This document shows, piece by piece, positions 1 through 12,640 of a stretch of 42,980 nt of DNA. A program made the position numbers and the translations under genes. Within the stretch, counting starts at the first letter, position 1; every line of letters starts with the position of its first letter. Below the pieces are notes generated by a model. That model was not told where the DNA came from. It saw nothing but the letters and a program-made list of their open reading frames with translations, and did not search any database. The stretch is taken from the NCBI RefSeq assembly GCF_001194135.2, contig NC_068988.1, forward strand, positions 87,805,203 to 87,848,182. Direction: 5' to 3'. Source of the DNA: Octopus bimaculoides. Taxonomy: Eukaryota.

Positions 1-320
1 TGGGCAAGTGTCTTCTACTATAGCCTCGGGCCGACCAAAGCCTTGTGAGTGGATTTGGTAGACGGAAACTGAAAGAAGCCCGTCGTATATATGTATATAT
101 ATATATATGTTTGTGTGTTTGTGCTTGTCCCCCCATCATCGTTTGACAACCGATGCTGGTGTGTTTACGTCCCCGTAACTTAGCGGTTCGGCAAAAAGAG
201 ACCGATAGAATAAGTACTAGGCTTCCAAAGAATAAGTCCTGGGGTCGATTTGCTCGACTAAAGGCGGTGCTTCAGCATGGCCACAGTCAAATGACTGAAA
301 CAAGTAAAAGAGTAAAAGAG
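1..320 (+). mobile_element. SINE family A copy, 5'-truncated by the window edge
   Basis: TGGGCAAGTGTCTTCTACTATAGC...GAAAGAAGCCCGTCG, then an internal (TA/TG)n tract, then a tail ending CAGTCAAATGACTGAAACAAGTAAAAG. The same sequence recurs more than 10 times in the window on both strands. Confidence 0.9.
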
Positions 321-400
321 CATAGAATGCTGGAAGTCACACGAATGAATGACTAATGTTCCAGATATTGTCTATTACTGTTGTTGTTTAGTTCCAAGTC

Positions 401-786
401 GTGGAGGCGCAATGGCCCAGTGGTTAGGGCAGCGGACTCGCGGTCATAGGATCGCGGTTTCGGTTCCCAGACCGGGCGTTGTGAGTGTTTATTGAGCGAA
501 AACACCTTAAAGCTCCACGAGGCTCCGGCAGGGGATGGTGGCGAACCCTGCTGTACTCTTTCACCACAACTTTCTCTCACTCTTACTTCCTGTCTCTGTT
601 GTGCCTGTAATTCAAAGGCTCAGCCTTGTCACACCCTGTGTCACGCTGAATATCCCCGAGAACTACGTTAAGGGTACACGTGTCTGTGGAGTGCTCAGCC
701 ACTTGCACGTTAATTTCACGAGCAGGCTGTTCCATTGATCGGATCAACTGGAACACTCGACGTCGTAAGCGACGGAGTGCCAACAC
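401..786 (+). mobile_element. tRNA-derived SINE family C, full length
   Basis: A-box-like TGGCCCAGTGG near 413 and B-box-like GGTTTCGGTTCCC at 456-468. A second, diverged copy lies inverted at 8384-8764. Confidence 0.85.
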
Positions 787-1173
787 ATAACATCCGGTCA
801 AAATATTCTGCCCATTTTATGTTCAACAATGTCGTAGTAAAAATAAACAATGACATCATTGAAATTTCGAAGCCACAAAATAATGCATGATTAATTCAAG
901 TTAATATAAATAAATAAGTAGAGTAATCTGAATCCTTCCTTATCTTAACTTTATCTAAAAACGTCGTCTCTCCTATGATAGCTGGCCACCGAAGGTGCAC
1001 CACATGGGTTAAAACAAACTTTCAGAGCAAAAACCGAATTTTTTTCTTTTGCCAAAAAGTAATGTTTGCTTGGGCAAACAAATTAAGTTTTATTTGTTTT
1101 TAAATATAAAGAATAAACAGATCTATTATATCAAAGTAATTGTTGAAACCCGATATTATTTGTTACAGATAAT

Positions 1174-1300
1174 AAGGCGGCGACAAAAGGATTGGCGGCA
1201 TTTCGTCCGTCCCCGCGTTCTGAGTTCAAATTCCGCCGAGGTCGACTTTTGCCTTTCATCCTTTCGAGGTCGATAAAATAAGTACCAGCTAAGAACTAGG
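1174..1300 (+). mobile_element. SINE family B fragment
   Basis: AAGGCGGCG...GAGTTCAAATTCCGCCGAGGTCGACTTTTGCCTTTCATCCTTTCGAGGTCGATAAAATAAGTACCAG matches the copies at 16865-17560. Confidence 0.8.
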
Positions 1301-1887
1301 AACGTGGCATGAGTGCCGAGGGGGCAACAGCTCGTACTGTTTAGGACTCACTGCTCTATATTAATATAGTACCGGGCAACATATACGGCAAACTTGGGAC
1401 TGGATGTAACCCAGATCTCTGGATTTTTTAGGTTTTCTTGTAGTATAAAACGAAGTATGGAAAGTAAAGAACTGAATTTTATTCAACAGATTCAAATTAA
1501 TAAATTTCTAAAGTAGGGTCTGTTTGATGTTTACCAATCCTCTAAAAATTCTTAAAATACATCATATTGAACCATTTACAGTATAATGTTTATATGATGG
1601 AAATTAAATGAAGAAGAACAAAGAACATGATTTTATTTAACAGATGCAAACATAATTTAAAACACATCTACAGCAAAGTACGTTTAGTGCTTTTTAGTCC
1701 ACGTAAAAAAAAGTATAGACCAAACCTAATTTTAACACGGTGTATGCAATTTAGCCAACGGGATCTGTTTGGCCAATAGAGGGTACATTGTACAGTATTG
1801 CACAATGTTCCCGGATCTCTGGAAGCCAGATAAGCGGTACAGTAGTGTATAAGAGACATGATTGGCTATTGTATGATACTGCTCTGG

Positions 1888-1939
1888 ATGTGTGTGTGTG
1901 TGTGTTTGTATATACATACATACATACATATATACATAC

Positions 1940-1970
<31 letters not shown>

Positions 1971-2228
1971 CACACACATATATACACACACATACATGTA
2001 GAAAGCGTCCAATGTATGTATATAAGTGTGTGTATATATGTATATATATATATACATACACACACACACACACATATATACAGACATATATATATATACA
2101 TATATATTTACGTCTGTGTGTATATATATATATATACATATATATTCACACACACATATATGTATATATATGTATATATACATACATACACACATACACA
2201 CACATATATACATATACATATACAGACG

Positions 2229-2275
<47 letters not shown>

Positions 2276-2349
2276 ATATACATAGATATATATGGACACT
2301 TTCTACATGTATGCATGTGTGTATATATATGTGTGTAAATCTATATCTG

Positions 2350-2400
<51 letters not shown>

Positions 2401-2480
2401 ATATATATATATATATATATATACGTCTGTATATATATATATATATATGCATATATCTACACACACACACACACACACAC
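1888..2480. repeat. compound (TG/TA/CA/TACA/TATC)n microsatellite
   Basis: Read directly; it generates the spurious Y/I/H/T-rich ORFs. Confidence 0.95.
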
Positions 2481-2883
2481 TTATCTGTTTACGTATGTAT
2501 TGTCCAGCGTTAAGAGGGCCTTCTTATAAACCACCTTTCAAAGTAGGACAGCTGTTTAATGCCTTTAGTGCTACATCTTTTTGTGTTGTCTTGTCTAGAA
2601 GCTTGCAGCGTAAATGTCAAATCAAGATTGAAATGCCGCTGGTTTCAGATAATATGGCAGGATTCAAGTTAGATGTTAAGTGTTGTTAGGTTAAGAAGAG
2701 CACAACAATGAAGAAAAGAAATACAACACACATACACACACACACTGTATATATATACAAACATACACACACAGAATATATACACACATATATGCATATC
2801 CATGCATGTATACATATATATACATACATACACACGCAAATATATGAAAGACATATAAACCTGTAAACATAGACGTTTAAATT

Positions 2884-2936
<53 letters not shown>

Positions 2937-2977
2937 CACACGTATGCATGTAGTGTATATATATGTACACATGTATG

Positions 2978-3045
<68 letters not shown>

Positions 3046-3259
3046 TGCGTGTATGATATATGTATAATATATAATAATTATATGTATATATATATATATA
3101 TATATATGTACATCCACCTCACAACTATATAAAGATATACACACACATATACATACATCACACGTTAACGCAGCATGCATATAATACACGTACTCACAAG
3201 CATACTCACATACACACGCACACACACAGCATACATATACCCACCCACACATACAAACA

Positions 3260-3278
3260 CACACACACACACACGCAC

Positions 3279-3316
<38 letters not shown>

Positions 3317-3399
3317 TTCCCAAGTAGTCTTGTCCATATTACACTGGTTAGCCATCACTCGGAGCAATTTACAAGTTGTCAACACACATGTCTAGACCG

Positions 3400-3470
<71 letters not shown>
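3260..3470. repeat. (CA)n and (CTA)n microsatellites
   Basis: (CA)n at about 3260-3312 and (CTA)n at about 3400-3470. Confidence 0.95.
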
Positions 3471-3471
<1 letters not shown>

Positions 3472-4099
3472 GAAAGTAAAGTATTTCATATAACGAAAAA
3501 AAAAATTGATTGAAGTGCGTTCTGTATCAAATCTACTACAACTTCTGTTTCATAAGTTAACTATGGAATTTCTAGGCAGTTTATTGACTTGCTAAAAATA
3601 ACAGTCGTGTCAAGTATATCCAATTACATCCTCTTTAAAAAAGGATGTTTACAGTGAAGAAAATAGTCTTATGTAGTATATGAGCAAAAGAAAAAAAAAT
3701 ACGTTGGGACTGGTATTTCAGTGTTTATCTGAGCTTATGCAATGAGAAAGTGTCAACAGAGTTGTTGATCACAGCTGATCCAGCCTTTTGCCTGACCAGC
3801 GCTGAGCCGAGATTATGCAAAGAGAAGGTACCGATAGATTTGTCGATCAGGTCTGTTCCAAACCTATACAGTATGTTCATAAATTATCTTTACAACTTTC
3901 ACAATTTATCGTATCAAATTGTAAAGATAATTTATGCACACTCGAGCGGGCATCAATAGATTTACCTGATCAAAGTTGATCCTAAGTTATTTAATGAGAT
4001 GTCAGTAACAGATTTATTCGATCACACCTGATCCGAGATTACACAACAAAAGGACTGTAATGAATCTGCTTGTCAGGACTGATTCGAAGGGCGTAAATA

Positions 4100-4255
4100 G
4101 CTTCTTTCAGTTTCCGTCTACCAAATTCACTCACAAGACTTTGGTCCGGCCGAAGCCATAGTACAAAACTCTTGCCCAATTTCCCACGAAGTGGGACTCA
4201 GTCCGGGACCAAGTGATTGGGAAGAAAGCTTCTTACCACACAGCCATGCCTGAGC
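4100..4255 (-). mobile_element. SINE family A 5' half
   Basis: CTTCTTTCAGTTTCCGTCTACCAAATTCACTCACAAG...CTTCTTACCACACAGCCATGCC is the reverse complement of the family A head. Confidence 0.8.
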
Positions 4256-5617
4256 CTAAATGGACAGATTATTTCTAGAGCGTACATGTGTATAGGAGGA
4301 GGGATTTGAATACATAAAATTGGGTGAGGAGAACGGAAAAAATAAAGAAAACATGTTAAAAAGTATATCTAGTTTTATGTGAATATAACAGGTCGGACAT
4401 CAGTTTTTTTAATGCTGGTTGTTTATCACAACAACAGGTCGTTGAAGTGTGAGATATACTATATCTTTATTTATAATGTTTTCATTCGTAAGTTATAACG
4501 AATATTATTGTTTATCAATTAAAAGCTATAATGATAATTTCGTTACTTATAACTTAATTATAAGTATTTATCACTAAGCATAACCCTTAGTTTAGGCTGC
4601 GTAAATGTTATGATGTATACATGACAAGACGCTGAATGAGTGTTTATTACGTGCATGTATGTTGAAGATATAGATTATATTTTTTTGACCGTTACACATA
4701 AAAAAATACAGTTTCATTAATATACAGAAATAAATTCAACAAGTTGAAAGAAACGAGAAGTAAAAGGAATTAAGTTTCTACATTAATTTATTATATACAT
4801 ATTTTTTACATTTATAGATATTTAGAAACAAATCAATTCGTCGTAGAGAATTTACGACTTAAATTTATTATTAACTAGTTTCTCATTCTAACTAATAAGG
4901 TTTCACGACAATTCAATATTGTCGGATTTGAGTATTGAACATGGCATATATATATTAGCCTATACTCAAAAGAGTGAGTGTCGTGGACTTGAGTGGCAAC
5001 CAACGAACACTGGAGATTCTGCCGAAAATCAGGGTTTTTATAACTACTCATACACGAATCATAGAACCGTAACCCCGTGAAAGATTTCTTCAACGAAGTT
5101 CATAATTCGTATATGGGCAGTAATTTTTAACCAATGAGAAATCAACAATTTCTCATGTTCGGGCAAACGAACTTACGTTCTCTCTCCGCCTCTTATGAGT
5201 TTGCTACACTAGTATACGAATAAAGGACCTTCAACTAGGGCCAGTCAGTGAATTCTACAGATTCAAAATCAACAAGACCATCGTAAGCAAGTGTCCTCCC
5301 TCAGTTGTTGTTCTTGAAACTACAGGCGCATGCTTAAAGTTGTTACATCCACTCAAATTATTTTTACCATTCACTGGATGGGGAGAACTTTGCTCTCTAC
5401 CCCCAACTTCCTTTCCCGGTAGAACTTGACCGAAATGGAAAAAAGTCTGCTCTGAGTGCTTTTCAGCCTAGAGAATTACAGAAGCGCTTTCAAAATTACC
5501 ATCAGACAAAGGAACACCGTTTGTCTTGCCCGTTAAAGGACATTAGTGAGGTTATCTTTAAGGTGGGGGTCGACCGTAAAACGTATCCTTCCTACAAGCA
5601 GCAAGAGCTGTGCACGG

Positions 5618-5653
<36 letters not shown>

Positions 5654-5863
5654 TGTATCAAGACGCTCAAAGAAGAAGAAGAAAGAGAGATCAGGATTTA
5701 GCAAATCCACTGCCGTATTTAGACGCTTTTCTTCTGTTCGTCCTCGATTTCCGTGTTTCTATTTTTAGCACTATACACCACTACGAAATGCTTTCTCGAG
5801 ACCAATATCGTTGTCTTCCATCTTTCTACAGGACATCCGTGTTAAGTAAGATATACAAAATGA

Positions 5864-5921
<58 letters not shown>

Positions 5922-5924
5922 ACA

Positions 5925-5993
<69 letters not shown>
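5864..5993. repeat. (TATC)n microsatellite
   Basis: Read directly. Confidence 0.95.
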
Positions 5994-6000
<7 letters not shown>

Positions 6001-6222
6001 GTCTGTCTGTCTCTGTCAAATCGCACATTTATGTGTGATTACATTTTTGAGTTTCTATGAAGTATGTTTATATATACGACTGTTTATGTTTTCATATATG
6101 CGGCAGTGTGAAAATATGTACGTTTCTGTGTCCGTGTGTGTGTGTGTGTGTATATATTAGTCTACATATTTGTGTGCATTTCTTTATATTGTCTTGTGTT
6201 TCTTTTTTTTTTTTTTTTTTTT

Positions 6223-6972
6223 NNNNNNNNNNNNNNNNNNNNNNNNNNNNNNNNNNNNNNNNNNNNNNNNNNNNNNNNNNNNNNNNNNNNNNNNNNNNNN
6301 NNNNNNNNNNNNNNNNNNNNNNNNNNNNNNNNNNNNNNNNNNNNNNNNNNNNNNNNNNNNNNNNNNNNNNNNNNNNNNNNNNNNNNNNNNNNNNNNNNNN
6401 NNNNNNNNNNNNNNNNNNNNNNNNNNNNNNNNNNNNNNNNNNNNNNNNNNNNNNNNNNNNNNNNNNNNNNNNNNNNNNNNNNNNNNNNNNNNNNNNNNNN
6501 NNNNNNNNNNNNNNNNNNNNNNNNNNNNNNNNNNNNNNNNNNNNNNNNNNNNNNNNNNNNNNNNNNNNNNNNNNNNNNNNNNNNNNNNNNNNNNNNNNNN
6601 NNNNNNNNNNNNNNNNNNNNNNNNNNNNNNNNNNNNNNNNNNNNNNNNNNNNNNNNNNNNNNNNNNNNNNNNNNNNNNNNNNNNNNNNNNNNNNNNNNNN
6701 NNNNNNNNNNNNNNNNNNNNNNNNNNNNNNNNNNNNNNNNNNNNNNNNNNNNNNNNNNNNNNNNNNNNNNNNNNNNNNNNNNNNNNNNNNNNNNNNNNNN
6801 NNNNNNNNNNNNNNNNNNNNNNNNNNNNNNNNNNNNNNNNNNNNNNNNNNNNNNNNNNNNNNNNNNNNNNNNNNNNNNNNNNNNNNNNNNNNNNNNNNNN
6901 NNNNNNNNNNNNNNNNNNNNNNNNNNNNNNNNNNNNNNNNNNNNNNNNNNNNNNNNNNNNNNNNNNNNNNNN
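6223..6972. other. assembly gap
   Basis: Run of N. Confidence 1.
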
Positions 6973-7044
6973 GAGAAGACAGTCACAGAAAGGAGACATT
7001 AAGAAAAAAAAGAGAGGATGAAAGCGACGACAGATGAGATGAAG

Positions 7045-7230
7045 GTGGTGATGATGATGATGATGATGATGACGATGATTATGATGATGATGATGATGTC
7101 GATAATGGTGTTGCTGGTGGTGATAATGATGATGGTGATGGTGATGAGCAGCTGCTGCTGATGATGGTAATGATGACGCTAACGATCGTCCCGATAGGGG
7201 AGATGATGATGATGATGATGTTGATGATGT

Positions 7231-7268
<38 letters not shown>

Positions 7269-8230
7269 TTGATGATGTTGATGATGATGATTGTGGTGCT
7301 GATGATGACGAAGGAAACAGAAGAAGAAGGTAGAAGGAGACAGAAGATGAAGACACGAAAGAAGCTGACGACGACGACAGAAGGAGATAAGTATGAATAA
7401 AGACGAAGAAAAATATGAAAGAACAAAAACTCCAGACAAACCAAAAAACAAAGATGAAACAAAGAGAAACTCTAAGAGAGATAGCGAGAAGAATATGGAA
7501 TGAGAGGGAATTTGTAGAAGTAAGAGAAGATGGGGAAAGAAGACGAGAAAGAAAAGAAAAAAAGTCATAAAAAAATGTGAAATATGTTTTATAAAAAAAA
7601 ATAAGATGAAGGAAAAAAGATACAGGAAGATTGGAGGCAAAAAACATGAAGATCGGATTATAAAGAAATAGCAGAGATCTGATAAATGGTAAGTTGTGTA
7701 GAAATTGGTGAAATCTTGTTGCTTTGACCTTGTATTATACAAATGGTGGAAGGAGGAGGAGGAGGAGTAGGAGGAGGAGAAGAAGAAGAAGAAGACGAGA
7801 GAAAGAGTGAGAGGAGAGAAGGAGATGATAAGGGAGAAAAAGGGAGAGAAACTGAGCGGAGAGAGAGGGATAAAAGAAGGGGAGAGAACCAGAATGATCT
7901 GGTAAGTGGTTAAAAATAATTTGAAGTTATACAGAAAAAGACAGATAGATAGAAAGACAGACAAAGAGGAAGATAGATAGATAGATGGACAGCATAGGTA
8001 GCTAGCTAGTTATAAACGGAGAGGATAGACAGATAAATGAACAGGATAGATAGACAGGATAAATAAAAAGATAAATAGATAGAAAGAGAGATAAATTGAT
8101 TGATAGATAGACATCATAGATAAATGGATGGGCAGCACAGATAGATAGATAATATTGATAGATAAATGGATAGATACGTAGATAGACAAACAAATAGGTA
8201 AATGGATTGATAGGACAGATGAAGAAATGA
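7045..8230. repeat. (GAT)n followed by purine-rich GA/GATA low-complexity sequence
   Basis: Read directly; it produces the poly-M, poly-H, poly-S and poly-I ORFs. Confidence 0.9.
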
Positions 8231-8383
8231 AGAGTGGGATAGAGGAAAAAAAAGATCAGTGAAACTATGGATGTCTGCGCGTGTGCACAATTCTGTAACA
8301 GAAATTTTTGGCTTTTTTCCATGTGTAAAGATTGTGATAAACATACACACACATGCAACAGTCAGATCATCATATTATGCAGG

Positions 8384-8764
8384 GTGGCATTCCGTCGCTT
8401 ACGACGTCGAGGGTTCCAGTTGATCCGATCAACGGAACAGCCTGCTCGTGAAATTAACGTACAAGTGGCTGAGCACTCCACAGACACGTGTACCCTTAAT
8501 GTAGTTCTCGGGGATATTCAGCGTGACACAGTGTGACAAGGCTGACCCTTTGAATTTAGAGGCACAACAGAGACAGGAAGTAAGAGTGAGAGAAAGTTGT
8601 GATGAAAGAGTACAGCAGGGTTCGCCACCATCCCCTGCCGGAGCCTCGTGGAGCTTTAGTTGTTTTCGCTCAATAAACACACACAACGCCCGGTCTGGGA
8701 ATCGAAACCGTGATCCTATGACCGCGAGTCTGCTGTCATAACCACTGGGCCATTGCGCCTCCAC
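8384..8764 (-). mobile_element. tRNA-derived SINE family C, full length
   Basis: Reverse complement aligns end to end with 401-786, with scattered substitutions. B-box is GGTTTCGATTCCC on the minus strand. Confidence 0.85.
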
Positions 8765-8947
8765 GACTTGGAACTAAACAACAACAGATCACCTCCACTA
8801 TATTATACAAACAAATATATAACTACAGCTAGAAAAATGCTGAAACTGTGGTAACCACTCAGACCTCTCTCTTGAACGCCTTTGATCATAAATCTGTTGG
8901 ATCAATGTTGGTCTGGAGCTAAATATGTGTGGATTCGACTAACTACA

Positions 8948-9340
8948 TAGGGGCTTCTCGACCATCTTTTATCTATGGACCCCTTGATTACTATTTTATT
9001 CTAGTGGACCCTTATACCTATTCAATGTTTAAAAGCTAATTTTATAAATATTTCTTTCAAAATTCATATTTGTTCTTCACACATTAACTTGTGTAGGTTG
9101 AACTATGTAAAACGTTCGAGAAAGAAGACTAGCTATTTCTTGAAATACGTTCCCATACATACATCTAAAGCAACATTTTTTTTTCAAGGGCCCTTAAAAT
9201 ACTATTGTGGATCCCAAATTTACTATTTTGTTGTATGGACCTTCAGAAGCCCTCCCCAAAATCTTATATGAACCCCCAGCCCCACCCCCAATCTTATATG
9301 AACACTCAGAGGCCATTTGGACACCGGTTGAGAACCATTG
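8948..9340. mobile_element. degenerate hAT-like MITE with a partial duplicate downstream to about 9813
   Basis: Left end TAGGGGCTTCTCGACC; right ends GGTTGAGAACCATTG (9340) and GGTTGAGAACCACTA (9813). These resemble CAGTGGTTCTCAACC-type hAT TIRs. An internal segment at about 9030-9105 recurs at about 9350-9430. No clear 8-bp TSD. Confidence 0.45.
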
Positions 9341-9988
9341 ATCTTTTGATGCTTAAATTAAAAACAAGTTTTATAAATATTTCTTTCAAAATTCTTATTT
9401 TATTTTTCACCTATTCACCTGTGTAGGTTTGCAATAGCACTCTCCGAGGATTACAGGTAAGTTCAACGCCATTAATTCGCCGCAGGGAAAGTTTACCAAG
9501 AAAATATATTCATATTATCTCACCATTAATAGTTAAAAACTATTTTATTGAGAGAAAAAAAAAGGAGACCAAAAGATTAAAAAAAAAACCGGTGAATTGA
9601 TGACGATGAACTTACCGGCCATACTTTCTGAGAGAATATGTTTCACTGAATGAAAACATTGAACTGTGTAAACCTGTTTTCTTTCTTTCTTTTTTTTTTA
9701 AATAGTAAATACAAAACAAAAGATTTTCATTAATCTCTAAAATACTGCTGTAGACTCCGAAAAGTCTTATACGAAGCCCCAAGAATCATATGAACCTCGG
9801 TTGAGAACCACTATTATAGATAAATAAACCACTGCATGTCGGGATGTGCAAAATTGGTGCTCAACTAAGTCTGGGATACTTGAAAGTATGGAATATCTGG
9901 CTCTTTTACATTCACTCATTACATTACATACGTAGACCTACTTAGGATCGGCTTTACACATCACTTACAATTCTGAAATCTGGACTAT

Positions 9989-10022
9989 CATCATCGTCGT
10001 CGTCATCATCATCATCATCCTC

Positions 10023-10059
<37 letters not shown>

Positions 10060-10065
10060 ACATCA
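9989..10065. repeat. (CAT)n microsatellite
   Basis: Read directly. Confidence 0.95.
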
Positions 10066-10485
10066 TTGTCGTGGTCGTATTAATGCCTATATTTCCATGC
10101 ATGCATGCATGGGTCATAGAAGAGTACATTAAAGTAGAACCTTCTACAATCGGATGCTCTTCCCGACACCATTCCTCAGTTGTTTACAAGCCAGTTAATA
10201 ATCTCTTAACCTATCGAACAAGACACAGCCCAAAGATGCTTTCGCAGTAGGCTGCAGGTGAGCTGGCAGAATAGTAAGGACATCTATCTGGATAGATAGA
10301 TAGATAGATAGATAGATAATTGAAAAAAGAAGCGATGGACACGGCTGGAACATCTTTGATAATGAGTCAACTTGATCAAGGTTTACCTCAATAACAAACG
10401 GCAGAGAAATACACAGAGCAATGGCGGAAACATGCTCAAACTATCACACAGCCTCCTAATACGATAAACGACAGCATATTTCAGT

Positions 10486-10533
10486 ATATAGTGTATTAAC
10501 AATATAGTGTATTAACAATATAGTGTATTAACA
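10486..10533. repeat. three exact tandem copies of a 16-bp unit
   Basis: ATATAGTGTATTAACA x3. Confidence 0.95.
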
Positions 10534-10537
10534 ATTG

Positions 10538-10665
10538 ATAGAATCGTTAGAGCATTCGACTGACTGTCTCACAGTATTTATTACGAATAGCTGCATTTTG
10601 AGTTCAAATCTCATGGAAGTGAACATTTTTTTTTTTTATCCTTTCGAAGTCGATAATTAAGTACC
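10538..10665 (+). mobile_element. degenerate SINE family B fragment
   Basis: AGAATCGTTAG...GAGTTCAAAT...ATCCTTTCGAAGTCGATAATTAAGTACC. Confidence 0.55.
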
Positions 10666-11222
10666 GATCAAAGATGATGCACTGGCGGAACTGTTAGAAT
10701 GTCTGACGAGATGCGTTGCGGTATCTGATTCAGCTTTTTGCATTCTTAGAGCCCCATCTGAAGTGACACTGGTGCCAAGGTGTATGGACCAAAACTGGCA
10801 GCCTTTCTTTTGGATAAATTTCAGTGATGTTTCAGAGAGGCTGGGGTGAGGGCAACTACTAATCTTTTTACCTACCACAAAAAAAAAAAAAAAAAAAATC
10901 ATATTGAGCCCTGCGTATATGCGTGCAGAGAATACCCACCTCACCTTAGAACTACGTGCAGACGTAATGAAACTGGAGCGAACTGGAGCAGTTAAGAACA
11001 AAAACTTTGGGTACGGCTGTTTTGGTGACGGACGATTTGGCGCAGAAAGTACACAACACACGCACGCGCACACTCAAACGTACCCCCTACCACACAATTG
11101 TTGAGAGTAGATAATATTTAGCTCGTTACAATCTCATCGGTTATTTGGTACACCTATCATAAACCCGTCTTGTGTGCACGCATGCCTATTGACACACCCA
11201 CACATATGCATCTATCTATTCC

Positions 11223-11270
<48 letters not shown>

Positions 11271-11596
11271 ACTAGAATAGTGTTAGAAACATGATAAATT
11301 TCTGCAATATGCCATTAGGCCCTTGTGAAGAAAAAACAAAACCAAAACAAACCCATATTAAAAAAAATAAAACAACAAAACATTAAGCTAAAATCCAATG
11401 AAAGTGAAAAACTCCATTCAGTGTAAGAATTAATGATAACAAAGGGAAATAATAAAAAGATAATCCGGACAACAAAACCGGCTGATGGAATATAACAATA
11501 CAGAAACACAAACACGAAAATAAACAAAAGGTTTAATAATTAATCCAATGGATTATGGTGTCTTGTTTTGTTTTATGCATGAATTTATAATTATAA

Positions 11597-11720
<124 letters not shown>

Positions 11721-12339
11721 AGCCCAAGATAATCTGTTCTGCCTGTTTTATGTCACATCTCTATTATTATTCGTCAATGGATTACTGATTTTCCTTTTTC
11801 ATTAACAAGTTTTATTTTCTTATAACAAGATATAACCTGTCTGTTATTGTTTGTCTATTTCTTTGATGAGAAAAATAAAATGGTGCGGTGGTGCCTTAAG
11901 ATGAATCTTGCATGGCGAAGTTGAGATTTTACAGATATTTTGTGGCATTCATATTTTTAATTCTTTATTTCCCCCTGTTATTATTGGAATAGTATTTTGT
12001 ACGAAATTCATGAGGAATTTATAACATGTTGGAAGTGCGTAAAGATGACGGGAAGAGAGACAGGTAGACAGACGTATGTGGAGGTTGTATGGAATAAATT
12101 AGTTGAGATAGAATGGCAGAGAGCAGAATAAAATAGTTAAAGACAGCAATAAGTTCGATTGTGTATTGTTTATACATGCCATATTCAATAATGAAATCAC
12201 TAATTTACCGCGATATCAACGTCGAAAAACAAAAACGAAGAAGCTAAGTTGATCCATAAGAATCAGTCCTTTGTATGTTCTCATCTGTTAAAGACAGATA
12301 ATTTTGAAATGTGTGTGTTATAAACTCATGTATCAACGT

Positions 12340-12640
12340 AAAGTTGGACCCACACTATATCATATATGATGCCAAGAAGGACCAAGTAGAAACCTCCCTG
12401 AAACATATATAGGAGAAACAGCTCAGAGTGTAGGTGAAAGATTCTGCAAGCATTGGAATAGCTGTACAAAAAAGAGACATATATCCATATTTTACCATCA
12501 TGCACTAGATAAAAACAACGGTTCAGTTGATAAGCTCAGTGTAAATATTATATCCATACATCCTCCTAATATAATATTAAGGTGACCAGTTTGCACATCG
12601 GAGTATAGATCCAATCTTAACAAATAGATTGAATGGAGTA
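12340..12640 (+). pseudogene. Penelope-like element GIY-YIG endonuclease C-terminal remnant
   Basis: Manual translation from 12352 gives TLYHI*CQEGPSRNLPETYIGETAQSVGERFCKHWNSCTKKRHISIFYHHALDKNNG...SNLNK*IEW. This matches the PLE pattern VYxIxC...YIGETxRxxxERxxEH...LN..EW and contains stops. Confidence 0.7.

Noticed and set aside
401-475. tRNA gene
   Set aside because: A and B boxes are present but there is no closed acceptor stem or terminator, and the sequence continues into a 380-bp repeat body; it is a SINE head.
1732-2529. Long Y/I/H/T/C/V-rich ORFs here and at 27800-28200, 29800-30500 and 30850-32200
   Set aside because: They are translations of dinucleotide and tetranucleotide microsatellites, open in several frames on both strands.
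6057-7647. ORFs of 200-490 aa spanning N runs, here and at the other gaps
   Set aside because: Their length is due to unknown bases.
10486-10533. CRISPR-like array
   Set aside because: The 16-bp units are contiguous with no spacers, and the context is eukaryotic.
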